A stretch of 64,000 nucleotides of DNA, taken from assembly GCA_041666945.1 (NCBI GenBank), contig JBAYFY010000004.1, forward strand, positions 6,226-70,225. The letters are read 5' to 3'. A program made the position numbers and the translations under genes. The notes below the pieces were generated by a model. It ran no database searches, was not told the origin of the DNA, and saw only the letters and a program-made list of their open reading frames with translations. Origin of the DNA: Candidatus Buchananbacteria bacterium (GTDB lineage: Bacteria > Patescibacteriota > Patescibacteriia > 2-01-FULL-39-33). Positions 19,152 through 28,365 of the stretch are shown piece by piece. Numbering within the stretch: the first letter of the stretch is position 1; the number at the start of each line of letters is the position of its first letter.

Positions 19152-19859
19152 TCAATCCTGAATTAAACGCACGAGGGCGGCGAGCGCCGCTGTTTCCGCG
19201 CGCAGAATTCGGCGACCCAAAGTAACAGTCAGGCAGCCGGCTTCTTGAGCTAAAATTATTTCTTCCGTTGACCAACCGCCTTCCGGACCGACAAATAAAT
19301 TAATCTTTTCCTCCAGATGGTTTTCCAACGGCCGATTTTCCTCGCCTTCGTAAGCGATCAGACGAATGCCGCCTTCCCGTCCCAATATCTGCAGGGCCTG
19401 GCTGAAAGACAAAGCCGGCAGAACTTCAGTCAATACCACGGCGCCGCACTGCTCCGAGGCCTCGCGCGCTATTTCCCTGAAGCGTTCCAGCTTGGGCGGA
19501 CGCACTTCGCGCACAACGGAGCGCTCGCTGACAATCGGCACGATCTTGGTCACGCCTATTTCCGTGGCTTTCTGCAATAGCCACTCAAATTTATCGGCTT
19601 TAAGCAGGGATTGGTACAGAGTAACGCGACGTTCGGGTTCGCGCAGACCCGGCTTCTGATCAATCAGCAAGAATCTGGCTTCGGTTTTCGTCAGTTTAAT
19701 CAATTGGCCCAAATATTCCCAGCCGGAATTATTAAACAGCAAAAACTTATCGCCTTCTTTGGCGCGCAAAACATTGGTTAATTGCTTAATTAAAATCTCG
19801 CTGTCGCTGACGGCGTAATCATCGCGGAAATTTTGAAGCGGAATATAAAAACGTTGCAT
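19152..19859 (-). CDS. rsmE: 16S rRNA m3U1498 methyltransferase
   Basis: QKATEIGV, EASEQC, VGPEGGWS, LGRRILRAETA. Confidence 0.95.
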   Translation of the reverse strand: MQRFYIPLQNFRDDYAVSDSEILIKQLTNVLRAKEGDKFLLFNNSGWEYLGQLIKLTKTEARFLLIDQKPGLREPERRVTLYQSLLKADKFEWLLQKATEIGVTKIVPIVSERSVVREVRPPKLERFREIAREASEQCGAVVLTEVLPALSFSQALQILGREGGIRLIAYEGEENRPLENHLEEKINLFVGPEGGWSTEEIILAQEAGCLTVTLGRRILRAETAALAALVRLIQD

Positions 19860-19916
19860 AAGCCAATGACGATTGAATAAAAAATCTTAATTTGCTATGG
19901 TTAATTATAGCAAAAT

Positions 19917-21146
19917 ATGACAAAATCTAAAATCCCCCGACTCATCAAACAAGAAGTCCAACGCCAAAAGCAAGGATTGACGATGATCGCTTCCGAAAAT
20001 TACTGCCCGCAGAATATTCTAAGCGCCATGGGCACCGCTTTATCCAATAAATACGCTGAAGGGTACCCCGGCAAGCGTTATTATTCGGGCAACAAATACA
20101 TTGACGAAATAGAGAGCGCCGCGCAAAAATTATGCTTGGAAATATTCGGCCTCCAGCCGGAAAAATGGCACGCCAATGTTCAGCCGCACTCCGGCTCCTC
20201 CGCCAATTTGGCGTGTTATCTTGGCTTGCTCCGGCCGGGCGCTAAAATCTTAGCCATGGACTTGTCTGCCGGCGGACATTTGACGCACGGTTCGCCGGTA
20301 AACTTCTCCGGCCGACTGTTTAAATTCTCTCATTACGGCGTAGATAAGAAAACCGAGCGATTGGATTATCAGGCCATCGCGCGCCTGGCCAAGAAAGAAC
20401 GGCCCGAAATGATCGTCTGCGGCGCCACCGCCTATCCGCGTCTGATTGATTTTAAAAAATTCCGGCAAATTGCCGATTCCTGCGGCGCCCTGCTTCTGGC
20501 GGACATCGCTCATATCGCCGGACTGATTATCGCCAAGGAGCATCCCTCACCCTTCCCTTACGCTGACGTTGTCACTTCCACCACGCACAAAACTTTGGGC
20601 GGACCGCGCAGCGCTTTTATCATTTGCCGCCGCGGTTTGGCCCAAGCGATTGATAAAGCCGTATTCCCCGGCCTCCAAGGCGGGCCGCTGGAGAACATGA
20701 TCGCGGCCAAGGCCTTGTGTTTTGAGCGGGCGTTGTCAAAAAATTTCGTCAAAATACAAAAACAAACAGTGGCCAATGCCAAAGTATTAGCCGAAACCTT
20801 AAAAAAATCCGATTTACGGCTAGTCGCCGGCGGCACGGATAATCATTTGCTCTTAGTGGATTTGCGTTCTGCCGGCCTAACCGGTAAAATTGCCGCCGAC
20901 GCTTTGGAAGACGCGGAAATTTATACCAATGCCAATATGATTCCCAATGATACGGCCAAACCGCTTAATCCTTCGGGCTTGCGTCTGGGTACGGCGGCTT
21001 TGACTACTCGCGGGATGAAAGAGAAAGAAATGAAATTGATCGGCCTGTGGATTGCCGAAATCGTCAAACGGCCGAATGACGCCAAATTAATAGCGCGGAT
21101 CAAAACAGAAGTCCATGACCTGACTAAAAAATTCCCGATTTATTGA
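19917..21146 (+). CDS. glyA: serine hydroxymethyltransferase
   Basis: IASEN, NKYAEGYPGKRYY, GGHLTHG, STTHKTLGGPR (PLP Lys), QGGP. Confidence 0.97.
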   Translation: MTKSKIPRLIKQEVQRQKQGLTMIASENYCPQNILSAMGTALSNKYAEGYPGKRYYSGNKYIDEIESAAQKLCLEIFGLQPEKWHANVQPHSGSSANLACYLGLLRPGAKILAMDLSAGGHLTHGSPVNFSGRLFKFSHYGVDKKTERLDYQAIARLAKKERPEMIVCGATAYPRLIDFKKFRQIADSCGALLLADIAHIAGLIIAKEHPSPFPYADVVTSTTHKTLGGPRSAFIICRRGLAQAIDKAVFPGLQGGPLENMIAAKALCFERALSKNFVKIQKQTVANAKVLAETLKKSDLRLVAGGTDNHLLLVDLRSAGLTGKIAADALEDAEIYTNANMIPNDTAKPLNPSGLRLGTAALTTRGMKEKEMKLIGLWIAEIVKRPNDAKLIARIKTEVHDLTKKFPIY

Positions 21147-21218
21147 AAGTCCTTCGAACCTGCCTGCCGATAGGCAGGTACTCCGTCCGCTTGCGGCGGG
21201 TTCAACTTTATTAAAAAC

Positions 21219-21246
21219 GAGCCGTAACTCACGCGAGTTACGGCTC
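21219..21246. terminator. terminator between convergent glyA and the NAD island
   Basis: Perfect 12-bp stem GAGCCGTAACTC-ACGC-GAGTTACGGCTC. Confidence 0.8.
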
Positions 21247-21287
21247 TTTCAAAATGTGCTAATTTTTCTTTTTTCGATGGCGCATAT

Positions 21288-22220
21288 TTATCCTTCCGCT
21301 TTTAACCCCTCAACCGACGCAACGGTTACGGTTTCAGTTTCGGCTTGTCGCGCCTCGGCTTTCGCCAATAACCCTTCAATATAAGCCATCTCTTGATCTA
21401 CTATGGCGTAAACCTCGGGCAGATAACCAAGATATTTATCGCGGGACTTTTCAGCCGCCGACAGTAGGCCGGCAAAAAGCTGACGCCAATTTTCCCATTG
21501 TGATTTTTCCACGAAGAACATGGCGCCGTTGTCATTTTCAAAATTAGGAGGGCTTTTAACCACCCTGACTAAATAATATTCGCCTTCCTCAATAATGATT
21601 TCTAATAGCGTTCCCGCTTTAATGGTCCTGGATGACTTAAACATGGCTCGGGTCGGATTTTTCAGGGTCACGCTGTCATCTTTGGGAAAAATCGCCTGGC
21701 GTTCATTCACTTCTCCGGTAATATTACCTAAAAAATTCAGAATGAGATTAAGATCGGCCACCCGGCTTTCATATTGGTGCGCTTCCAAGCCGGTTCGTTC
21801 CATGTCGGGACGATTGAAATAAAAAACTTCACCGCTGCCGATTCCTAATTGTTCTCCCATGGCATCGGGGTTTTTGGGATCCAATTGATACCGGCCATAA
21901 CAAAAACCGCAAGGGAAAACCTGGTTAGCCAAATCATTGCGTTCCGCCAGTTTTAAATAATAGACATACTCACGCGGCGGTTCGGGCAACGGCTGATCCG
22001 GCGCTGAAATTTCCGCTAAGACCGACTGGGCTGTTTCAGCCAGGGCCGCCGAGCGAATCGCTTCCTGTCGCCGGAAATAAACATTCTTGATTGTCCTGAC
22101 GCAATACCTGAATAAAAAATAGGCAACGGTAAGAATTAAAACCAATACGGTTAAGGGCGCCAAAGAATTCAAAACCAGTTCAAATAACTGTCTGAACAAG
22201 TCAAAGATTTTTTCCATCAT
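21288..22220 (-). CDS. hypothetical N-terminally membrane-anchored protein, last gene of the NAD island
   Basis: 310-aa ORF with a single TM near the N-terminus and SD AGAGGA; no family recognised. Confidence 0.75.
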   Translation of the reverse strand: MMEKIFDLFRQLFELVLNSLAPLTVLVLILTVAYFLFRYCVRTIKNVYFRRQEAIRSAALAETAQSVLAEISAPDQPLPEPPREYVYYLKLAERNDLANQVFPCGFCYGRYQLDPKNPDAMGEQLGIGSGEVFYFNRPDMERTGLEAHQYESRVADLNLILNFLGNITGEVNERQAIFPKDDSVTLKNPTRAMFKSSRTIKAGTLLEIIIEEGEYYLVRVVKSPPNFENDNGAMFFVEKSQWENWRQLFAGLLSAAEKSRDKYLGYLPEVYAIVDQEMAYIEGLLAKAEARQAETETVTVASVEGLKAEG

Positions 22221-22242
22221 TGATCCTCTTGGTTTAACTCAA

Positions 22243-23175
22243 TTAGAATTCTTCTCTTAAGATTATTTCTACTACCGGATTGCATAACGATTTGATAAAA
22301 ACGAAATCCAGCCCGGCCAGCAGTTTAACGGCCGCGGGACAGGAGTCCGTGGTGTAAAGACGGTTAATCAACCCTTGCTCGTGGGCTTCAACCAGCTTGC
22401 TAACGGCTCGGGCATTAACAGCGGCGTGAGGCACGACCAGGTTGATCGTTGCCGCTCCCTGGGATTTCAAAACCTTGGCGCATTCAATCAAAGTGCCTCC
22501 GGTCCGAGTCAAATCATCAACAATCAAGATATCCCGCCCTTGCACTTTGCCCTCTTTTACGGTGACGATGCGCTCGTCGCCTTGCCTGATCTTCTGGCAA
22601 GTGATTTGCGAAAAATTACTCAACGTCTTGCCGAAACGCTTTTGCGCTCCCTCGTCGGGAAAAGCCACTGACCAATCGTAGAACGATTTTGATAAGTAAG
22701 GAATGGCCGATTGTAAAAAAACCAGGACGTTATCGGAAAAATAAAATTCCTCGCGCAGATCATGAATGTCAAAAATAAAAATCCGGGGCGTGCCGGCATT
22801 GCCCGGTATGGCGTCAAACATTCGAGCCAAACTCTTGGCCGTAACAATATCACCGGGTTTCATTTTCCGTTCCATGGTGCCGGTGGGGTAAAAAGGCAAA
22901 ACTACATTGAGCGACCTGGCGCCATAACGCGGCAAAGCCCATAAAACGGAAAACTGGCGGAAAATTTCCAACGGATTTTCCAAAGAGGCAAAAAACCAGA
23001 CGTGTCTGTTTCTCACCGCTTCGGCGTCTATGGACGTATCGGGAAAACCGTCGGAAAACTCCCCCCACCTGACGGGAGAATACTCAACCGGATAATGCTC
23101 AAGGGCTTTTGCTACGGCGTGAGCGAATCCTTCCATGATCGGGCAACCCAAAATAACAACATTTTTGTCAGGCAT
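22243..23175 (-). CDS. prs: ribose-phosphate pyrophosphokinase (PRPP synthase), class II / plant PRS3-4-like
   Basis: FSDGFP, VLPFYPTGTMER, DIHDLREEFYF, FPDEGAQKRF, PRPP loop IVDDLTRTGGTL, TTDS. Confidence 0.88.
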   Translation of the reverse strand: MPDKNVVILGCPIMEGFAHAVAKALEHYPVEYSPVRWGEFSDGFPDTSIDAEAVRNRHVWFFASLENPLEIFRQFSVLWALPRYGARSLNVVLPFYPTGTMERKMKPGDIVTAKSLARMFDAIPGNAGTPRIFIFDIHDLREEFYFSDNVLVFLQSAIPYLSKSFYDWSVAFPDEGAQKRFGKTLSNFSQITCQKIRQGDERIVTVKEGKVQGRDILIVDDLTRTGGTLIECAKVLKSQGAATINLVVPHAAVNARAVSKLVEAHEQGLINRLYTTDSCPAAVKLLAGLDFVFIKSLCNPVVEIILREEF

Positions 23176-23336
23176 GGTTTCTATTCCTTTCTGGTTGCGT
23201 TGTTATTGCTCATATTAAATTGTAACGTTCTCAAACTTTCTAAGAACAATCAACCTTTTAATTGCTCTATTGAAAGGCAGAGGCGAAGCGCCTCTGCATG
23301 AAATTAACTTAATCCAACTAATAGCGCCTATTGCCT

Positions 23337-24137
23337 TTAGAGTATTAACCTGGGGAAAATAGTATCTTCGTCTTCTGGCAGATAATACAAATCCGAACAA
23401 GTACCATCGGATCGTCCCGCAACTAACTCCGCGCTCTTGATCCGATCTTCCTCTGGCACATACACTTGCGGACGAATCAGCCAAATCGGCTTCAGCCAAA
23501 TCGGCTGATGTTTGGCAAAAAGATTGTTATAAAGCACACGACAACCGCGCAACTCTTTACCCGCCTCTTTTCGCGACTGATACCAATGCTGAAAAGCTTT
23601 GGTCCGCCAAATATGCAACGGCACCTGGCATTCGCCGCCGATTCTTAAAGCGCCTCGGCCCAACATGTCCAAAGCCAACTCAATGGTCTTTTTCAAGGTA
23701 TTCGCCGTAGGAATTTGATATTTTCCCGCTTTCTCAAACAAGTACTTCATGCGAGCAGCATTTTCAGGCGCGCCCAAAACAACTTTGCCCGATTTCATCC
23801 ATTCGCCGAATTCCACGTTAGTGGTCAAAGCCGGCATATGTTTAAGCTCCCGCGGTATCCAGAATAGGATTACATCGGCGCGATTGAGCCCTTCGTCTTC
23901 CCAGTCGGTTTGGGCTTGGCGATTATTGTCTTTGCGGAAACCGCCGCCTTTCTTTTCCGGATCATAAACCGTACCGGAGAAACTCAGCGACTTTAAAATG
24001 GCGAAAGCGCCGAATTTCCAGGATAACCCTTTTTCATCCCGCGGAATCGGTCCGGCTAAAAAAATGCTTTTAGTCACTTGAGCGGGAAAGGGCTCTTGAC
24101 CATGCACAATGGTAAAACCGTATTTTTCAGGCATCAA
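23337..24137 (-). CDS. nucleoside 2-deoxyribosyltransferase-like (NDT/TIR-like fold) protein with C-terminal extension
   Basis: SIFLAGP, W(K)..A, Q.DWE..GL..ADVILFWIPR, ALTTNVEFG (catalytic Glu). Confidence 0.8.
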   Translation of the reverse strand: MMPEKYGFTIVHGQEPFPAQVTKSIFLAGPIPRDEKGLSWKFGAFAILKSLSFSGTVYDPEKKGGGFRKDNNRQAQTDWEDEGLNRADVILFWIPRELKHMPALTTNVEFGEWMKSGKVVLGAPENAARMKYLFEKAGKYQIPTANTLKKTIELALDMLGRGALRIGGECQVPLHIWRTKAFQHWYQSRKEAGKELRGCRVLYNNLFAKHQPIWLKPIWLIRPQVYVPEEDRIKSAELVAGRSDGTCSDLYYLPEDEDTIFPRLIL

Positions 24138-24952
24138 TCATCCTCCTTTGGGGTTTGCGGCAAAAACTGCTGATGTTTACCGGCTAAAGCCAGTAAATCG
24201 CTGTCGGAATAGGTTACTCTGACTATTTTTTCCCACTCGTTACGCGAATTGGATGGGCACCAAGGGCAAACGGAACGCCGCCAAACATAATAAGGCGTAA
24301 TCTGCCCCGTAAACGGATCTTGTCGAGTATAATGGACAACTTGACAGTTATGAATACGATCAAGCGGATCCTTGGAGCTATCCATTTCCACATATTGAAA
24401 GGGAGTGAGGCGTTCCAAACGAACTATAAAACACCACAGCATCTCGCCGTGATTAACTACGACGACATTATTCTCTGAACATTCACGATGGAACGTCCCC
24501 AAAACCCGATCGGCTCGCATACAGGCGTTAGCCATGGATTCCCCTCCGAGTGGCGACCAATAAAAACCGTTACCGTCGCGATTAAGCAAAATCGGGCCAT
24601 ACTTCTCGCGCCGTTCATCGTCAGGCAAAACGCTTAATTTCCCCCATTCACGCTCACGCAGATTATAATCTATTTTCCAGCGACCGTTCAAACCCAATAA
24701 TGCAGCGGTTTCACAGGCCCTGACATAATCAGAAACAAAAAATTTATGAAAAGGCATTCCCAATTGCCTAAGCCAAGCACCGGTAACTTGAGCTTGCTGT
24801 CTGCCGCGGGGAGTCAAACGAAATTGCCTGTCTTGAGTTCTGCGAAATTCAGCAGTAAACATAGCATTATCGCCACGACGCGATAATGCATTAGCTTGAT
24901 TCAATTCCGATTCGCCATGGCGGACCAAAAACAAATTCATCGGCATAGGCAT
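24134..24952 (-). CDS. histidine phosphatase (PGM superfamily)
   Basis: LVRHGES, SDYVRACETA, LREREWG, GES, VVNHG. Confidence 0.9.
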   Translation of the reverse strand: MPMPMNLFLVRHGESELNQANALSRRGDNAMFTAEFRRTQDRQFRLTPRGRQQAQVTGAWLRQLGMPFHKFFVSDYVRACETAALLGLNGRWKIDYNLREREWGKLSVLPDDERREKYGPILLNRDGNGFYWSPLGGESMANACMRADRVLGTFHRECSENNVVVVNHGEMLWCFIVRLERLTPFQYVEMDSSKDPLDRIHNCQVVHYTRQDPFTGQITPYYVWRRSVCPWCPSNSRNEWEKIVRVTYSDSDLLALAGKHQQFLPQTPKEDD

Positions 24953-25041
24953 AATCTATTCCTCCTGATTGTTGGATTAATTTTAAAGTGCTTGATTTCT
25001 TCAAACCAAGACGCCTACCGAGGTAAGCGGCTTAGGTAAAG

Positions 25042-25075
25042 GGCGGAGCTGTCGGAAATTTTCGACAGTTCCGCC
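25042..25075. repeat. hairpin with conserved 20-bp core CTGTCG-N8-CGACAG (also at 38884-38909 and 59084-59111)
   Basis: GGCGGAGCTGTCG-GAAATTTT-CGACAGTTCCGCC. Confidence 0.7.
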
Positions 25076-25114
25076 GGTTTAAACTAAAAGGTGCTTTTAC
25101 GAGGATTTACGATA

Positions 25115-26746
25115 TTACGATAATACGGGAATCGGCGCCTCCGAAGCCATAAGCGCATGCATTTGCTGGTAGACCAACTCGGTTACCGCCACTTTAAACG
25201 GCGTTGGATTTTCCGGCCGCAAATGGTCTTCGCGCGTTTCTTCCTTAAACTGCCGTTTAACATGCGCCTGAACGCCCAAAACGCCTTGGGCAAGAGAATC
25301 AAAACGTTGGCCATTAAAAAACACGAGTTGATGCAATTCCTTACCAGTGGCCGGCTTAACTTTGCAACGAACCGTCTCATTGACCGGATCGCGGCAAAGA
25401 ATCTCATTAGACGCGCGGATTGACTGAACCACTTCATCATATTCTTCATCAGCCACCAAAAGATCCAAAATGGCTTTCCCGTCCGCGCCATACAAACGAA
25501 TCGCTCGTTTAGCGCCGGGGATCGTCATCTTTTCACTATTCATTGACAGTTTGATGACGGGGCGATCGTCGATTTGCACCAACTTATACACACCACCCAA
25601 TGCGGGACAATTCGCCAAACGGGTACCGATGCCAAAGTGAGTGATATGATGTTTTTGTCTGCTAAAACTCCACAAAATCGCCTCATCAATATCGTTAGAC
25701 GCCACAATTGCTTGTTTGGTAAAATCGCAATGCCGGCAGGGATAATATTTCTGAATACGTTCATAGCCATTATAGACGACGTTGGACAAATACGCCAAGT
25801 CGCCAGAATCCAGACGAACGCCTAACGGAGTATAACCATATTCAGCCAGAGCCAAGGCGACTGCCAGATAATTGGGCAAGCCCGAAGTTTCAACGTTGTA
25901 AGTGTCAATTAAGGCCAAAAACCTCTCGGGATTAGCCCAGGCGTAATCAATAAACGCCGCCAACTCGCCTTGATTGGTTTCACTGGGAAAATAACCCTTA
26001 AGACACTTCTGATAATGCAGGGTGTCGGTGGTAAGGTTATGCGTGCTCTTTCCATCCTTGGCGGTTAACAGTCTATGGCATGACAAATCCTCCGCCGTAT
26101 AGCTGGTAACAAAGGAATGGGCATGCGTTCCGCCGACTGGCAAATCATAAATCAGGCCGGCCAAAACATCGGAGGTGGAATTGAACCCGCCCATAAGCGC
26201 ATAGTGCGAAGCGGAAATGGCGCCGTCCGGACCGGGGGCCCGGCGCAAAGCGAATTCCATCAATACCGCTTCCCAGCCGGCCGCATAACGCATGCGCGCC
26301 GCGTTGGTGGCAATTTGCGTCGCATAATTCGTCAAATTCAAAAGAGTCGTCTCAATCAATTGAGCCACGCAGATCGGCCCCGCCACGCGCACTAACGGCA
26401 CTCGCGGAAACATCAAAGTCCCTTCTTCCGGCGCCCACACTTTGATTTTCATCTTCAATGAATTGAACCAGTCAAAAAATTCCGGTTCATAGTGGCTGCA
26501 AACGGGCAAGCTCTTCAAATAACGAATCTCTTCCGGCGTCAAACAGAAGTCGGACAAATAATCAAGGATGCGGCTCAAACCGGCAAATACGGCGTATTGG
26601 CCGCCAAACGGAGCGGTGCGGTAAAACAAATCAAACACCGCATACCGTTCTTCCCGGCTGGTTTTCCAATACGTGTAGAGCATGGAAATCTGATAAAAAT
26701 CGGTCAAAAGCGGGGAAATTCGCGACGGCTTTTCCTGTCCAGTCAT
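25115..26746 (-). CDS. pncB: nicotinate phosphoribosyltransferase, eukaryote-like subtype
   Basis: LLTDFYQ, FDLFYR..PFGG.YAVFAGL, EFALRR, GTHAHS (phospho-His), LIDTY, GVRLDSGDL, ASNDIDE, FGIGT, GGVYKLV. Confidence 0.92.
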   Translation of the reverse strand: MTGQEKPSRISPLLTDFYQISMLYTYWKTSREERYAVFDLFYRTAPFGGQYAVFAGLSRILDYLSDFCLTPEEIRYLKSLPVCSHYEPEFFDWFNSLKMKIKVWAPEEGTLMFPRVPLVRVAGPICVAQLIETTLLNLTNYATQIATNAARMRYAAGWEAVLMEFALRRAPGPDGAISASHYALMGGFNSTSDVLAGLIYDLPVGGTHAHSFVTSYTAEDLSCHRLLTAKDGKSTHNLTTDTLHYQKCLKGYFPSETNQGELAAFIDYAWANPERFLALIDTYNVETSGLPNYLAVALALAEYGYTPLGVRLDSGDLAYLSNVVYNGYERIQKYYPCRHCDFTKQAIVASNDIDEAILWSFSRQKHHITHFGIGTRLANCPALGGVYKLVQIDDRPVIKLSMNSEKMTIPGAKRAIRLYGADGKAILDLLVADEEYDEVVQSIRASNEILCRDPVNETVRCKVKPATGKELHQLVFFNGQRFDSLAQGVLGVQAHVKRQFKEETREDHLRPENPTPFKVAVTELVYQQMHALMASEAPIPVLS

Positions 26747-26749
26747 TAC

Positions 26750-27376
26750 CTATTCTCCTTCTCTGTCGTTATCTGCCGCTAATTGCGGATAAATTTCCCG
26801 CAGAAACCACTGCGCCAAAGCAAATGTTTTCAAATCGACATAGGGCATATTTTCCAATCTTTCAATCGCGATCCAACGGCGTTCCACTTCTTCACCCTCT
26901 TCGGCTAAACCGAAATGTTTTCGGCTGTGGTCAAATTCATCATCATTGAACTCGGCATAACCCAAGAAAATACGCTCGGTAACGATTCCCGGCGAAGTGA
27001 AAAGAGAAGCGCCAAAATTAACCAGCGTAAAATGTTCTATGGCTGTCGGCAAATCAACCAACAAGCCCAGCTCTTCCCGAGCTTCGCGAGCCATCGCCTC
27101 GATTGTAAGTTCTCCGTTATCAATGTGGCCGGCGGGGACTTCCTGCACGCGACCCGCGTCGCGGGAAAACGAAGCGGCCGGCCTTTCTTGGTAAACCATG
27201 GCTACGGCGCGCTTATCGCGATTGTAAACCAAAAACGCCACGGCGTTTTTCTTTTCTACAATCTCCTGCTTTCCATGAAAACCGCGCCAAACTGTGACCC
27301 AACCTTTATAAACCAGCTCATAGGCCTCGCCCAAAAAAATCCCCACTCCGCTTTGATCGCTGTTATTGTTGTCCAT
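26750..27376 (-). CDS. NUDIX hydrolase, ADP-ribose/nucleotide-sugar pyrophosphatase type
   Basis: Nudix box EVPAGHIDNGELTIEAMAREAREELG, downstream SPG...E and EEGEEV, late DLKT. Confidence 0.88.
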   Translation of the reverse strand: MDNNNSDQSGVGIFLGEAYELVYKGWVTVWRGFHGKQEIVEKKNAVAFLVYNRDKRAVAMVYQERPAASFSRDAGRVQEVPAGHIDNGELTIEAMAREAREELGLLVDLPTAIEHFTLVNFGASLFTSPGIVTERIFLGYAEFNDDEFDHSRKHFGLAEEGEEVERRWIAIERLENMPYVDLKTFALAQWFLREIYPQLAADNDREGE

Positions 27377-27419
27377 GATTTGTTCTCCTTTTTTGTTCGG
27401 TTAATGTTTCTGTTGCTAA

Positions 27420-28118
27420 TCAAATTTGATAACCGTAAAGCCCATTAATCCTGATATACTTAGCGATATTGGGAGGAACTAAATTCTCCCAATCACAACG
27501 ACTCCCGGCAATTGAAGCGCGAATTTGCGACGAAGAAATGTCTATTCTCGTATTCAATGAAGCGATTTGAAATTGCCAAGGCAACTGTAAGCCGCCTAAT
27601 TCATAACCGGGCCGGGGATAAACCAGCCAATGCCATCTCTGACAGGCAAACAGCCATTCGCCCCGTTTCCAACGCGCCTGAATCTCATTCAGGCCGCCGA
27701 ATTCCGGACGCGGTATTACCGAATCCGAACCGGTCAGCCACGTTAGTTTGGCTTGCGGATATTTTTTGACTAAATATTCCAGCCAATTTATGGTTGCCGT
27801 GTTCCGGCCGAAAATGTCATCATACCAAACCTGAAAATTAATGGGATTGCCGGACAAGCGGCGAAAATCATTAACCATCATTTCGGTCATGGCGATTCTA
27901 TGATTTACGCAATCATGGCAAAATCCCGCTGAATTGTCAGCGCATTTCGGGCAAACCGCCAAATACTTATCAGGCCGCTCGCCGCAAGGAATCCAAATCA
28001 TCAAATCATAATCGTCCTTTCTTTCGCCTTGCAAAACGTCAGCTAAAATGGCGTAATGACCGCAATGAGGAGGATTGGCGGAACTGCCGCCGATGATAAT
28101 GCTTTTAGGATCAGTCAT
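27420..28118 (-). CDS. nadD: nicotinate/nicotinamide mononucleotide adenylyltransferase (NadD-like)
   Basis: GGSSANPPHCGH (HxGH), LTGSD, YPRPG, ISSSQIR, YI..NGLY. Confidence 0.88.
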   Translation of the reverse strand: MTDPKSIIIGGSSANPPHCGHYAILADVLQGERKDDYDLMIWIPCGERPDKYLAVCPKCADNSAGFCHDCVNHRIAMTEMMVNDFRRLSGNPINFQVWYDDIFGRNTATINWLEYLVKKYPQAKLTWLTGSDSVIPRPEFGGLNEIQARWKRGEWLFACQRWHWLVYPRPGYELGGLQLPWQFQIASLNTRIDISSSQIRASIAGSRCDWENLVPPNIAKYIRINGLYGYQI

Positions 28119-28365
28119 TTTCTCTCCTTCTTAAACCTGCCAAAACTTTTACTTAAACAGGTTATTTTAAAAAATTTAAGGTGCTTGCCTCCGACTCTGT
28201 GAGTCAGAAACAGAAAACAACGCTCATTTTAATCAGCGCTGATTTCCAATTTTATCTAATTTTAGACAAAAATTTAGTCATAATTAATCATTTTAACCTG
28301 CGCGATTCATTCTTAATTTATCTTTGTTTTATCTTTCCGAGTTACATTAATAAAGAGAATCACCT

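Noticed and set aside
21144-21146. Alternative genetic code (UGA=Gly, as in Gracilibacteria/Absconditabacteria)
   Set aside because: Conserved genes are full length under code 11, and TGA terminates glyA at its expected C-terminus.
23215-23499. Frameshifted continuation (e.g. a NUDIX domain) of the NDT-like gene
   Set aside because: The overlapping 94-aa frame has no Nudix box or other recognisable motif, so a pseudogene call cannot be supported.
22243-26746. Canonical phage NARP1 (Adps + Namat) pair
   Set aside because: The PRTase has NAPRT-type rather than NAMPT-type motifs, the PRS is class II-like, and separate NUDIX and NadD genes imply a stepwise route. It is reported as an analogue only.
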